Below are positions 20,101 to 33,014 of a stretch of DNA of 64,000 nt, piece by piece. The number at the start of each line of letters is the position of its first letter. Positions within the stretch are counted from its first letter, which is position 1. The position numbers and the translations under genes are program-made. Source of the DNA: the human T2T-CHM13v2.0 reference genome, Homo sapiens; NCBI RefSeq assembly GCF_009914755.1, contig NC_060926.1. The stretch is one strand, 5' to 3'. A model generated the notes under the pieces. The model ran no database searches. It saw nothing but the letters and a program-made list of their open reading frames with translations, and was not told the DNA's origin.

Positions 20101-23100
20101 ACCCACTGGACCCAGGGCGAGCCCTAGATAAGGAGCCTTGCCAGTAGAAGTGCTGGCTCTCTCCGCCATTCCCAGGAGCTGTCTCCCTGGAGAACTTTCC
20201 CCTGGGCGGGGCAGATCTGTGGGAGTCAGGAGAGGCTCCTAGAGTGTTGTCCAGATTGGCAACACTCAGGGCAAAGGGCCCTAGTGCGGAGGAGCTCGAG
20301 CACCCTGACCTTTGCCCCCTCATCTCTTTCCAGCCCCTCCCCTGCCTCGTCCATCCCTGCCAGCCAGCCCCTAGCCTCGGGCCCCCTTTGCCTCCTGAAG
20401 AGACCAGCCTGTCCCTCAGTCACCACCTGGTCAAGCTCCCCCATCTCAGCCAGAATGGATGGCTGCTCAGGCCCCACACAGGCCCCACTCCATTGGACAG
20501 GGCCAGCCCTTGTACCACGTTCCACAGCACTAGCTCCCCATGGCACCACTTCCTGTCCCCTGGCCACAAACTGTCCCTAGAAGATACCAGCGGGGTCCCA
20601 GAGTACAGTCTCAGTGGGATCCCCATCCAGAGGGGCCGGATATCATGAGTCTGGGACTCCAGAGTCTTCAGACCTCTTTCAAAGAAGACTGGATTCTTTG
20701 AGCTTTGCTTTTCTACTTCAGCACTATTCACAGATACCCCCACCAGCCTCCCTCCAACACTGCCCATCTGGACTCTTTCTGCCCCAGTGATGTTGGGGGA
20801 GGTATGGAGGGGGATGTGTATTTATTTGAGCACTGTCCTTTCTGACAGCACATTTTTTAGTAGTCTGTCCTATGTACCAGGGTGGTGGGGCATCTCAGGA
20901 TGACAAGGGGTGCCGATGGGGTCAGGGAGGAGGCAGGGTGGTGGGAAAAGCCTTCCCAGGGAATCCTGAGGGACAGTTGCTCCCTACCCTACTGGGAGAA
21001 TTTCTGGGGCCTGGGAGGTGATGGAGCAGGAAATAGGTGAGGATGAAACAAATACACGTCTGTCTCCATTTGGTTCAGGCTCCTGGCAGGAATGCCGGTC
21101 TGTGGCTAGGCCACAGTGGAAGGCCCAGAAGGCGGCAGGCGATGCCACTTCCATGGGCGTCTGTCCCAGGAATCTGAGGCTGTGAGCAGCTAGTGAGTGG
21201 TGTGTCCAGCAACCCCCTCCTCCTTTCTCAAGTGAGTCAGTGACATGTACCAAGCACTTGCTTTATGCCAGGCTCCATGCTGTACTCCAGGGACAGAGAC
21301 CTCAGGGCACACAGTCCTGCCTCCAGGAGCTCAGAGTTTCAACAGGAGGCAGGGAAGAGAAAAGAGAGAATGACAGTGGAGAGTGATCCTAGGGGAGGTA
21401 TGCTGGGGGACTTGGTAGTCAAGGGTGGCTTCCTGGAGGAGGTGACATGGTCTGGTCCCTGCCTTTCAGGGTCTAGTCATAGATAGACTGGGGATCAGCT
21501 GGGGAGAGCCAAGCAGGCAATCCATCAACCAGAACTAAGTGACCCGGTGCCTAATGAAGGGCAGGTTATTAGTCACAAAATGTCTGTGGGCTCCTGAGGA
21601 GAAAGGAGGGTATGGGGACTTCCCCTGAGCCTGAGTCCAGGGATCATCAGCCAACTTCTTTTGGGGAACATGGGCAGGAACATGAAGTTAATCAATGTAC
21701 AGGGAGAGTGAGAAAGAGGACACTGGGGCAGGGGGCCAGGGAGAGTGGGGAAGCCCAGCCACCGGGCCGCGGTGGGAGCAGGATGCCTTCCCCTTGCTGC
21801 TTTACAGCATTTCTGTGCTTTTCTAAGGTACACAGGTAGTCAAAAGGGAAAATATGCCCCCCAAATGCTGTGTTTAATTTTGTCCTCTTCCTTTTTTTTT
21901 AAGAGACAAGAAGGAAAAGGGCTTTAGACTTTGGATGGAAAAGAATGTTCTCATTAGTCAATTTTATGTGACATTGCAAATCTGTGCTGTTTGGTCAGTA
22001 AAAAGTGAAGGCAATCAGTCTGAATGGGCGGACGTGGTGCTGGGGGAGGAGGAAGCAGGAATGGGGATGCCTGGCCCTGACTCAGGGCCCCTCCCAGACT
22101 GCACTTCCTGCCACTCTGGTGCGCCCATCCCAGGGAGGCCGGGCGCACTGCCAGCCCCATTCAGTGAGTGCTTATGAGTACCAAGGACGCCTGACTTGCT
22201 CAGCCAGGAGCAGCTGCGGACGCGAGTTCCCACCAGTGCTGGATGGAAGTTCCTGCCAACACTGTTATCCAGCGGGAGATGAGACCTGGCCCTCACTGGA
22301 GGCCTTAGGGGCCTGGGCTGGCAATTTCCTGCTAGCCTTAAAGCCACAGAAAAAGAAAATTCTCCCTCCATGAGTCAGGACGCAGTGACTCAGGGTTTGG
22401 AAGTGTGCTAGGTTGAACTGCAGAGTGTGGAACTTTCATGCAATGCTACTTGTTTTCAGGGTGCTCTTGGGGTGCTGGAGACAGACCTGCCACACCCCTA
22501 CTGGGTAACTGAGGATGCCCCTCTGCCTTTTAAAGCCAGCATCCTCCTGTATTCGAAGCACAAAGGAGATAAGGATGGCTGCTCAGGCTTCATGAGGCTG
22601 CAGGGCCAGTGACACGGGGGTGGGAGCTGCCTCATGGGCTATAAGCAGCACCCAGGTGGACCCTGGGTCTCTGAGCCACCCACAGGGAGACTTGCAGTCA
22701 GGTGAGCCCTGCCCAGGAGCACCCAGCACAGCCTGGCTGGGTCCCTGACCTCCAGCTGTGGCACTTGGGGTAGGAGCATGCGTGTGGAAGACCCTAGCTC
22801 GGATACAGGGAGTTCCAGCCCCACAGAGGTAGGGCACTCCAGGGCTCCTCCCACTCTCCCTGACAGCGGGCCTGTCATCTCACCACATTTCCCTTCACCT
22901 TCCTCAGCGGCTCCCACTCCCACCCAGACCCCCGCATGGCCCCTCAGGCCCTGGGATGGGGCTCCTGCTGCAGCCGCCAGGCTGGGGCCTGTGCTGGGCT
23001 GTGGCCTACCCATGGGACAGTGCTGTGAAGGGGAGGAATGGTCCAGGGGTGGGCAGGAAGGAAGGCACGCTGGAGCAAGGGCTTCCACAAACTCATCCAC

Positions 23101-23246
23101 AAAAAGGGAGAGATTTCCATCGCAACCTGGTACACTACAGGCGGGTGTGGGTGTGTGTGTAAGTGAAACAAAAGATCCAGGAAACAGTATTTCCCTTTCC
23201 TGTACACAAAACGCTCCTAAACTTTACATCCTAGTCTGCTTAAGTT

Positions 23247-23537
23247 CTTTTTTTTTAGGGGGGGGACAGAGTCTTGCTCTGTCACCCAGGCTGGAGTACA
23301 GTGGTACAAGTATAGTTCACTGCAGCCTCGAACTCCCGAGCCCAAAGGATCCTCCCCGCACTCAGCCTTCCAAGTAGCTAGGACTACAGGTGTGATCACT
23401 TAATTTTTTGAAACGTTTTCTAGAGACAGTATCTCATTTTGTTGCCTAGGCTGGCCTCAAATGCCTAGCCTCAAGCAATCCTCCCACCTCAGCTTCCCAA
23501 AGTGCTGGGATTACAGGTGTGAGCCATTATGCCCTGT
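23247..23537 (-). mobile_element. AluJ
   Basis: Reverse Alu with 'cactgcagcctcgaactcc' and 'ctcaagcaatcctcccacctcagc'. Confidence 0.9.
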
Positions 23538-24303
23538 TGGCTTCAGTTCTTAATGCTGGTTGATAATCCACTAAATGGAGTCACAATCCATGAATGAGTC
23601 TCACTCATAGTTTGCCAGTCCCAGGACTGGGGGAAGTGGTGGAGGCTTGGGGAGCCCGGCATAAAGGTGAGGGTGGGTGTCCTGAGTTTGGCCTGGGAGT
23701 CAGGTGAGGCAGTGGAGTGTTTGAAGAGAGGGTGAGGGGTATGGGCGACCCGCACAGACTTGAATCCCAGGGGCTCCTCAGCAGTGCTGTGAAAGGGCTG
23801 TCGCTGGCTGGGACTGGCCTTAACAGAAGGGAAATGCACTATCTCGTGTCCTGCGATCTGGGTCAGCAGCTCGGTCGTGTCATCTGGGATGCAGGCTCCT
23901 TTCCTCTTTCTCCTCCTCCATTTCATAGCTCCAGGTTCACCACTGCACAGTAATGGCCAGAGCAAGAAAGGGACCATTGTGCCCTGTGCCCCCTTCTCAG
24001 GCACCAGGTAGACTTTCCCTCTGTCTCGTTGACCAGGACTAAGTCAAGTATGTATCCCTAGTAGGGAATGTGATGAGCCTAATGGCATGGGCAGTGACAT
24101 CCCCTTACTGGTGAGATCCCAGGTGGGGAGCTCACTCCACAGAAACAGTTTGTAATGAGAGAACTCTCTCTGCAACAAGGTATTCGCTGCAGCATCATTT
24201 GTAACAGGAAAAAGCTAGAACACTCTACATACCCTGACTAGGGCCTAATTGAGTAAATGAGGTTTTATCAACTTGATGGAAGATAATTTTGACACTGAAA
24301 ACA

Positions 24304-24550
24304 CAGTGGACCCTCATAACTCCTGGATTCTGTATTTGCAAATCCACCTACTTGCTAAGATGTATTTGTAACCCCCAAATTAATACACTTGGCACTTTCA
24401 CAGTCATTGACATGCTCAGAGCAGCTAAAAACTTGAGTTGCCAGGCACGCACACACATTCCCAGCTGAGGTCAAGCAAGGTGACGCTCTGCCTTCCTGTT
24501 TGAGTTCTCGTGCTGTAAGGTGTCCTTTTCGAGATCCCCTTAGCGCTCCA
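24304..24550. mobile_element. Tigger4/MER46-like DNA transposon fragment
   Basis: 'cagtggaccctc...ggattctgtatttgcaaatccacctacttgctaa...gtaacccccaaattaatac' recalled as the Tigger4 end. Confidence 0.6.
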
Positions 24551-24731
24551 TGTTCAGAACCAAACTCCCACTCATTTTGCATGAACAGAACCAAACTCCC
24601 AAGGGATGCTATGGTGGCAGGAACATGCGCACAACTGTTTGACAGAGCTGTGACTCTTGAGGCATTTTGCATGGCAACTGCCTGATGGGGTCTGAAGCAC
24701 AGCCCTAGGGTAGGCCTTGTCTTGTTTTTCA

Positions 24732-25013
24732 TTTTTTTTTTTTGAGACAGGGTCTTTCTCTGTCACCCATGCTGAAGTGCAGTGGCACAATCAAGGCTGT
24801 CTGCCTCCCGGGCTCAAGTGATCCTCCCATCTCAGCCCCCCGAGTAGCTGAGACTACAGGCATGTGCCACCGTGTCTGGCTAATGTTTGTATTTTTTTAG
24901 AGACAGGGTTTTGCCATGTTGCCCAGGCTGCTTTTGAACACTTGGGCTCGAGTGATCCCCACCTTGGCCTCCCAAAGTGCTGGGATTACAGGTGTGAGCC
25001 ACTGCACCCAGCT
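24732..25013 (-). mobile_element. AluJ
   Basis: Reverse Alu with T-tail at 24732 and 'gggctcaagtgatcctccc'. Confidence 0.9.
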
Positions 25014-25024
25014 GTTTTTTCCTT

Positions 25025-25537
25025 TTCAGGAGTGTGCATCAAAGAGCTATTTGGACACTCGTGGTCATAGCAGCATTATTCACAATAGCCAAAAGGTGGA
25101 AGTAACCCAAATGCGTATAAGCAAATGAGTGGATAAACCAACTGTGACACACATATGCAATGGAATATTATTCAGCCTTGAAAAAGAAGGAAATTCTGAC
25201 ACATGCTACAACACAGATGAACTTTGAGGACATTATGCTAAGCGAGAAGGGCAGTCACAAAAGGACAAATACGGCATGATTCCATTCATATCAGGTACCC
25301 AGAGTAGACGGAAAGTAGAATGGTGGTTGCCAGGGACTGCGGGGAGGGAAGAGTGGGGAGTTGTTGTTTAATGGGTACAGAGTTTCAGATCTGCAAGATG
25401 GAAAGCACTCTGGAGATGGATGGTGGTGATGGGTGCACAACAGTGTGAATGAACATGAATGCCACTGAACTGTACACTTAAAAATGGTTAAGATGGTGGA
25501 TTTTGTTATATGTATTTAACCACAATTTTTAAAAAGA
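25025..25537 (+). mobile_element. L1MB-type 3' end
   Basis: 'agcagcattattcacaatagccaaaaggtggaa...gatggatggtggtgatgg..caacagtgtgaat..actgaactgtacacttaaaaatggttaa'. Confidence 0.85.
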
Positions 25538-26990
25538 GAGAGAGGTATCTAGTAGGCAAGAGAGCCTGGACTTAAACAGCATGCACTCTGCATACGTGAA
25601 TGCGAGGGACAATCCTTTCCTTCATCCTGAAATATCACAATGGCAGAGGGAGCCTTCAGGACATCCAGGTTCCCGCCGTGGGCAACGCCCGCATGTGTCC
25701 TTTGCAGAGCCCATTCCTGCCTGGCCCGTGGTGGGACCAGGAGACCCCGGCTCACCTGTGTGCTGATGACAAGAGCCGCACCCATCTTGACTGGGGTCTT
25801 TTTCTCTCAGCCTGAAGTTTTTTAGGCTTTATGAAGCCTGTGGTCACCTGAGTGCCAGGGAAGAGAAGGAGAGGCAAAGCTGTCATAAAAATTAAGAGAC
25901 GCAGTAAGAAAAGGAATTTGGGGTTGGCAGTACGTGAAACCTGCCATGCTGAAGCAATGCCCAGCTATGCAGAAAAACCTGCCACAGGGTACCCACCCCT
26001 GGCACTCCTCCCTCCTTCTCAGCTCCTTGTCTGCCCCACCCCAAACCCACACCTCCCAGCCACAGCCCAGAGCCCTGGCCACACAGACCTGAGACCATGC
26101 ATCTTTTTGACATATCCTTCACGGTTCCCAGGGCATCATTACTCAGGCAGCGTCTGTCTCAGAACCTCAGTGTGTGATCCCGGCCCCTGAAGCAGCCCCT
26201 CTCCCACCCATGAGGGGCTTCCAGCTGCTCTGTGCAGGTGAGCAGATCCACTCTACCCAAAGGCCATCCTCCTTATCTCTTCCCATTCAGAATTCTCCGT
26301 GAGACTCCAGTGCCCACGCGACTTTCTTTTCTTTTTAAATTTACATATTATTTGTTTGGGGTTAGTTTAAACGTGAACAGGGTCCTACATTCAAAACTGT
26401 CTCCAAGCCAAGAGGTTCTGCTTCCCCGAGACCAAGGCACTGACTGGCTGATTGGGTCTCATTCTGGAAGTATTCTGTTCACCCACAACAAATGCACATA
26501 TACACAGACACTCGCACATGCATTTTCTTATTTTTCTGCACAAATCATAGCACACTGGGTACACTGGTCTGTGCCTTTACAAATTCTTGGAGTTTGTTCC
26601 ATTTTGGGATATAGAATTTTCTCTCTCTTTTTTTTTTTTTTTGTTTTGTTTTGTTTTTGAAGATTGCAGAGTGTTTCACTTTGCAGACATAATTGATTTA
26701 ACTGGTCCCCTCTGGATAAAGGGGTCATTTCCTAGCTTTTCTGTAATCAACAGGCTGCAATAAACAACTTTTATATTTGTCATTTTGCTCACATGCATCA
26801 TTTGTAGGACAAATTCCATCAAGTGAAATTACAGTTGAACAGTATGGGCATTTAATGTTTTGATCAATATTGCCAAAATAATAGAGTCGTTGATGGCACA
26901 GTTATTTAACCTGGAGGTGGCAATGGACTTCAACTGGGAGGTTGCAGACGGACACTGGGGGTCTGTGAGTCCCCAGATTCGTAGGCAAAA

Positions 26991-26992
<2 letters not shown>

Positions 26993-27025
<33 letters not shown>
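26993..27025. repeat. (TG)n microsatellite
   Basis: Directly visible. Confidence 0.98.
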
Positions 27026-27027
<2 letters not shown>

Positions 27028-28029
27028 GTACATTTTTCTTGGTGACCAAAGCCATCATCAACTCATAAGAAGAGTCTGTGCCCTCTAAATGTTATCTCAC
27101 CCACCCAGCTGATTGATCTCCCATCTCTCCTTTCCAAAAGTGAATTTCCCATCCTTTAGAGAGGCCTCTCTTGGACATTCCCTCCTCTGTATCTTTCTCA
27201 TGGAATGTCCCTTCCTGCCCTCTGTGCCGTTCCAAATGGTTATGGCTACTACAGCCAACATTCACCATGTGCCAGCAGACTCACCAAACCCTCACAAGGG
27301 CCAGATGATAGAGGGGCCAGTGAGACCCCCACCTCTTCTATTTGATAGATAGGCACACAGAGGCACAGACAAGCTAAATGACCTACCCACCAGGCAGAGC
27401 TGGGATTCAAACCCAGGAGGAAAGGCGCTGCATGGTGCATGGACTGGAGGTGAGAGTAGAAGCAGAGAGCTGGCCTCAAGCTTTCTCAGCCCTGGCCACC
27501 CCACCTGGGGAACAACGCAGCCTCCCTTACCTGTTCAAGCAGACTCTCTGGGGCAGGACCCCAGACCCTGGGGCTTTCTTGAAGTCCCCAAAGGCTTCTA
27601 GGAGTAGCAGGACTTGGAGTGCCGCCCGGAGGGTAGTGCTCAGGTATGCGTATATTTGAGAAGCTCTTTGCCCCCACACCACGTTTTTTGCCGGCTTCTC
27701 TTTCTTTTAAAGCAGTTTTCAAAATAATAAGCATCCTCCAAAAGTGACCAAATAAGTTTTTGTTTTAAGTATCATTTTGAACTCATGGATTTTACCTTAG
27801 TTGATGCATTCCAATCCATCATAGCTGTAAGAAGCTCAAGCGGTCCCATCTTTGGGCAGCAGGAGTCTGCTGAGTCCTTTTGACTGGACCTCAGGAGCCT
27901 TTGGAAATTTTCTCACTATCTGGTGTGGTAACATCCAGGCTCAACCTCCCTCTCCAAACCTGGTATCAGCCCTTTCTTCCTGGACACCAATCTGGGTGTT
28001 TTTACCCCAGTTCTTATAGTCTAGTTCTT

Positions 28030-28166
28030 TTTTTTTTCTTTTTTTAAATGATGACGCGATTAGATTTATTGGTTAAAAAAAGTTCACACTAGATCGTTAA
28101 ATTTAAAATGCAGGTTATAAGATGGTAATTTGACAATATTTTTTTTTAGTTGGAAATTTTATTTTA
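28030..28166 (-). mobile_element. Short retrotransposed insertion of unrecognised sequence (truncated retrocopy or orphan transduction)
   Basis: 16-bp TSD with 15/16 match at 28014-28029 and 28167-28182. Poly(T) at 28030-28045, TTTATT at 28065-28070, and TCTT/AA target site. Confidence 0.7.
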
Positions 28167-30075
28167 TTATATTCTAGTTCTTAACCACTTTCTAAACATG
28201 AAGGAGCTCTTCATGTTCTAGAGAAGAATAGGTTTTAAAAACCTATTGTTAAGCTCCATCTTTCCTTAAGACGTCCTTTCAAGTTTCAGTTCAGCCTCTT
28301 GGAAAATTTGTATATGACTGTGTGTGTTTGCTTATAAGAAAAGGATCTGCCAAAGTTGTGCTTGAAATCTACTTGCTCTAAATGGCTCGCTGTAATCAAA
28401 TATTTCTCAACTTTGAGGGCCAGCCCCAACCGTTGAAAAATATCTCCCGCTCTGAGGAAATACAAAAATAAACATTAAAATGGGAAAGCAGTTTAGGCCA
28501 CCAGGAAATTTGGAAAGCCAAATATGAGCTTTAAGAAAAAGTAAAAACAAATACTCAAAGTTTTCACAACTGTAAGGAATCCAACCTAGACTACTTGAGA
28601 CAGAAATGAGATCAGGAACTCTACTGGGTTTCAATCCACCTGCAGCCCTTGGCTCTGGTCCCTCCTCCTGTTTAGGAGGTAGAGGGGTGTGGAAATAAGA
28701 AGTGAGTGACTTTCTTCTGCAGAACATTGATTCTGCAACACTGAAGCCATTGCAGGAAGGTTCCCATGACGTTTGAGCAGATTCCCAAATGCTCAGAGGC
28801 CCCTGGCCTGTTGTGAAAGGTAGGACAAGGATCCCTAAGCTATAGCTGGAACCCAGAGAGAGGAGGCCGCTGATGGGCTCCCTGAGACTCCAGGTGTGAT
28901 GTCCCCATCAAGGCCTCTAATGCCCCAGGCAGACCTTGGCTGGGACTGTAGCAGGCCACCCTCTGGCATATTCTAGGAGCCTCTACCTGGCCCTGCCCTT
29001 GGCCTTGAAACCTGGTTTTTAGGGCAAGAACCACAACTGTCCTACACCATGTCTGAGTCCCACCATGCACTGCCTGTGTGACCTCAGGCCCTAATCCCCT
29101 CCGGTACAGTATTACCTCATGGACTGTGGCAAAGATTAAATGTGCAAATGTAAGTAACGTGCATATGGCTGTGTCTGGCCAGGGAAGCTTCTGATGGCAA
29201 GAGGGGCACCGGGACCCCACTGCAGGCACTGACTGGCAAGATGGGGCTGAGGTTCCCTTGCTGTCCCCATGCCTGGCACAGGTGAGCTGGCAGTAAGCAG
29301 TGGAAGGTGTCGAATGGTAGTTCTCTGGTCTTTCCAAGGGAGTTAGAATTGTTGTGTGGTCTAAATGAGGCAGTCTGAGTGAATGCATTTTATCAACTGT
29401 AAAGTACCTGGTGAACCACTAATAACCAGCATTGTTTGGGTGCTGTTCATATGCCAGCATCTTAATGCACTTCTCATGGCTTCTTGGCAAGCGCCTTAAA
29501 GCTGAGGCCTGGTACCTTTCTGAAGCATCAGCAGCCCTTGTCACTGGGATTGACACTCAGCAGCACAGTTGTGGGGGAGCCAGAGGACAGCGGCTTCCGT
29601 TCCTCACCACCCCCTCCCTAGGACAAGCCGGCTTTGACTCATTCTCCGGCAGTCTCAGACCAGCCTAGGACTTCCAAAATTCACTTGGATGTTGATTGTT
29701 AAGGAGGAATTTGCTACCAGAACTGGTGCTTTAAGAGGTGGCCACGCTGCTGGAGTTGTTTTCCCACCCCATAAAGCTATGATTGTGCTCCTTGCTGAGG
29801 AGTCTCTGCCTTGTGGTCAACTTCCTGTTCTCTTCTGGCTTCTCATCTCCCTTTTCTTTTTTCTCCTTAAAAGACTGTGAATATTCCATAAATCCAAAGA
29901 CAACTGCCAGACAACAGCATGTGGAAACCTCAGAAGGGAAAGGGTGACATATCTATGTCTATGTATTGGCCAGTTGTAAGATAAGAACTGCTGGTCCCAG
30001 AAAGCTAAGGATATAGTTCGGAAAGCAGAACTGAAGTTGTATATCTTTTGGCTGAGCTATACAGAAGGGTGTGAA

Positions 30076-30371
30076 GGCAGGGCACAGTGGCTCTTGCCTG
30101 TAATCTCAGCACTTTGGGAGGCCAAGCTAGGAGGATTGCTTGAGGCCAAGGGTTTAAGACCAACCTGGGCAACACAGCAAGACCCTGTCTCTACAAAAAA
30201 TAAAATAAAAATTGGCCAGGTGTGGTAGTATGTACCTGTAGTCCTAGCTACTTAGGAGGCTGAGGTGGGAGGATCATTTGATCTCAGGAGTTGGAGGCTG
30301 CAGTGAGCCATGATTGCACCTCTGCACTCCAGCCTGAGTGACAGAGAGAGACTCTCTCAAGAAAAAAAAAA
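30076..30371 (+). mobile_element. AluJ
   Basis: Dimeric Alu with 'gaggattgcttgaggcc' and an A-tail. Confidence 0.9.
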
Positions 30372-30999
30372 GTGAGTGAAGTTGTTTGGTCTAGAAAGTT
30401 TCTAATACATCATTCAGAACTGAGCTACCTCCACGGACATGAGCTTCCAATCAAAATTCACTAAACATAAGAGGAAACAAGTGAACAAGAATAGAAGTTA
30501 ATGGAAGCCACAAACTGCAGAATCAAGCTATTAAGGCCAAGTGAATGGAATTTTCAGATATTAAAATGTAGAATGAATACTAAGCAGGAGTAATAAAAAG
30601 ATATCCACATCTCGACACATGGTATCACTGTTTCACAAACTGCAGAATGCCGAAGACAGAGTGAAGACTAAATATAGCCAAATAAGGAAGACAGATTCCT
30701 ACAAAGCAAGAGTTCAACTGACAGCTGACCTTTCAATGGCAACAATGGAAGCCAGAATACAACAGAATATTATGGAAAAATATACAACACAGTGGAAACA
30801 TATCTTGGAAGTGCGGAGAGAAAATAATTGTCAGGGGAAATTTAAGGACGTTTTCTAATAAATCAAACAGACTACTACCCTCTGACCTTCACTAAAGAGA
30901 CTACTAAAGGTTGCACTCCAGGAAGAAGGAAAATTATCTCAGGAGGAAAATCTGGAATGCAAGAATATCTTCATGACTCAAAATAGAGAAGCATTTCTT

Positions 31000-31099
31000 T
31001 ATTATTATTATTATTATTATTATACTTTAAGTTTTAGGGTACATGTGCACAATGTGCATGTTTGTTACATATGTATACATGTGCCATGTTGGTGTGCGT
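31000..31099 (-). mobile_element. ~100-bp 5'-truncated L1PA with (AAT)n tail, within older L1M-like sequence (about 30400-31410)
   Basis: 'tatactttaagttttagggtacatgtgcacaatgtgc' is the L1PA 3' end. TSD gagaag(c/a)atttctt at 30986-30999 and 31100-31113. Confidence 0.9.
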
Positions 31100-31923
31100 G
31101 AGAAGAATTTCTTAAACTTGATAAAAAACATAGTCAATAGAGGAAAAGATTGACATATTCAACTGCATTAAAATTGCGGGCTTAGTTAATCAAAGGAAAC
31201 CAGAAAATATGTGAATGCTAGCAGAATATATTTGCAATGTTTATGGCAGTCCATGAAATCCACACCATTAGCAAGAATTCCTATGAATCAATAAGAAAAA
31301 GAAAAATCAATTTTAAAATATTTAACTGATTAAAAAATAAAAAACTTTACAGAGGAGGAAATATTAATGGCTAACAAATATATAAAAATAAGCTGTATCT
31401 CATTAGTAAACAATTACACAGTGTCAGTGAGCAACAGGGAATGTCCCACAGCATGGTGTGAGGTTAGTGGGGTGAGGGGATGTGGTCCACTGAGGACTCC
31501 AGGCCCTTTTTAAAGAGATAGTCACTACTCATTTCAGCCTACTCTGGCCTGAGAAATGGGTACACTGTGGCCAGAACCATGGATTTCTAAAGAAATGTCC
31601 CAAATCTGGATTTTCCATGTGAAATATCCTGTTTTGAATATTGGGAACTTATTCAGAATTGTTTAAAAAGTGTATATGCCAATACTGCTTGAGCCAAAAG
31701 ACACATTCACAAGCTAGATTTGGCTGAGAGTCCCTCTGTTCATGACCTCTGCATTAACCCCTTGAATTTTCTAACAATCGGACCTGACTTTACCGTGACT
31801 CAGCGGGGCCAGCCTTCCTTCCCCATTTTCCTCTTGGTTCCCTCCTAACTTCACCTGAACTTGTAACTAGAGACAGAAAAGAGACACCCTGCAAAGGGAA
31901 ACATACTCCACACTAGCTAATGA

Positions 31924-32169
<246 letters not shown>

Positions 32170-32517
32170 TGAGGACAATTGGCCTTTCTGGGCAGGGAGG
32201 GATCCTGGGCTAGGCTCCTATGGAACCAAGACTTTTTATCTTACCATTTTTACTACCACGCTAAAATGAAGACATTTATCTGCAAGCGTAAATAATTCCT
32301 GGTATTCCCCTTCACTGGCTTCCCTGTTAGGAGAATACACAATGACCTGTGATCAAGCATATTCTGATGTGTTTCCCCTAAATTTTCTTCCTGGTAAAAT
32401 CCTTGGAGCAACACTGAAGAAAAAGCTAGTAGGAAAAAAATCACTCCATTCTCAAGGCCCTAACACAATCCCTGCGACAGGGTATTTCTTCCATATCCCA
32501 CATGAATTATATGCAAA

Positions 32518-32637
32518 GTATATATACATATATACGTATATATGTATATATACGTATATATACATATATACGTATATATGTATATATACGTATATATACA
32601 TATATACGTATATATGTATATATACGTATATATATAC
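32518..32637. repeat. AT-rich 36-bp x3 minisatellite forming a perfect palindrome
   Basis: Unit tatatatacatatatacgtatatatgtatatatacg starts at 32519, 32555 and 32591. Confidence 0.95.
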
Positions 32638-33014
32638 TTTAATTGTACTCTACAAATAATTTTGGATGTAGATGCTTTCATTTAATATTACATCACTAAT
32701 TTTTATTTATCACGTCATCTCAAAAAACCATTTAAAACTGTTCCACACTGAACAATTGAAGACATATTTAAAAGTACAGAATATTGTATTATAGGCCCTC
32801 ATGTAGCCATAACCCAGATTCCAGCATTATCAAGACCTTACCACATTTGTTTCATCTAGCCTTTGTCCCCACTAAGGAATTTTAAAGCAAACACCAAACA
32901 TCATGCCATTCTATTCCACACACTTCAGTATGTTTCCAAAAAAACTCCGCAAACTTTCTCACATTATCACATGTATACGAAGTAAACAATTCCTCAGCAT
33001 ACCTAAGACAGTAT

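Noticed and set aside
18052-23377. Many 100-200 aa intronic ORFs
   Set aside because: They overlap on both strands, are rich in Pro/Gly/Ser/Arg, and show no domain or splice support. This is expected in GC-rich introns.
28191-28232. 9-bp stem aacatgaag/cttcatgtt
   Set aside because: Short enough to arise by chance in 64 kb.
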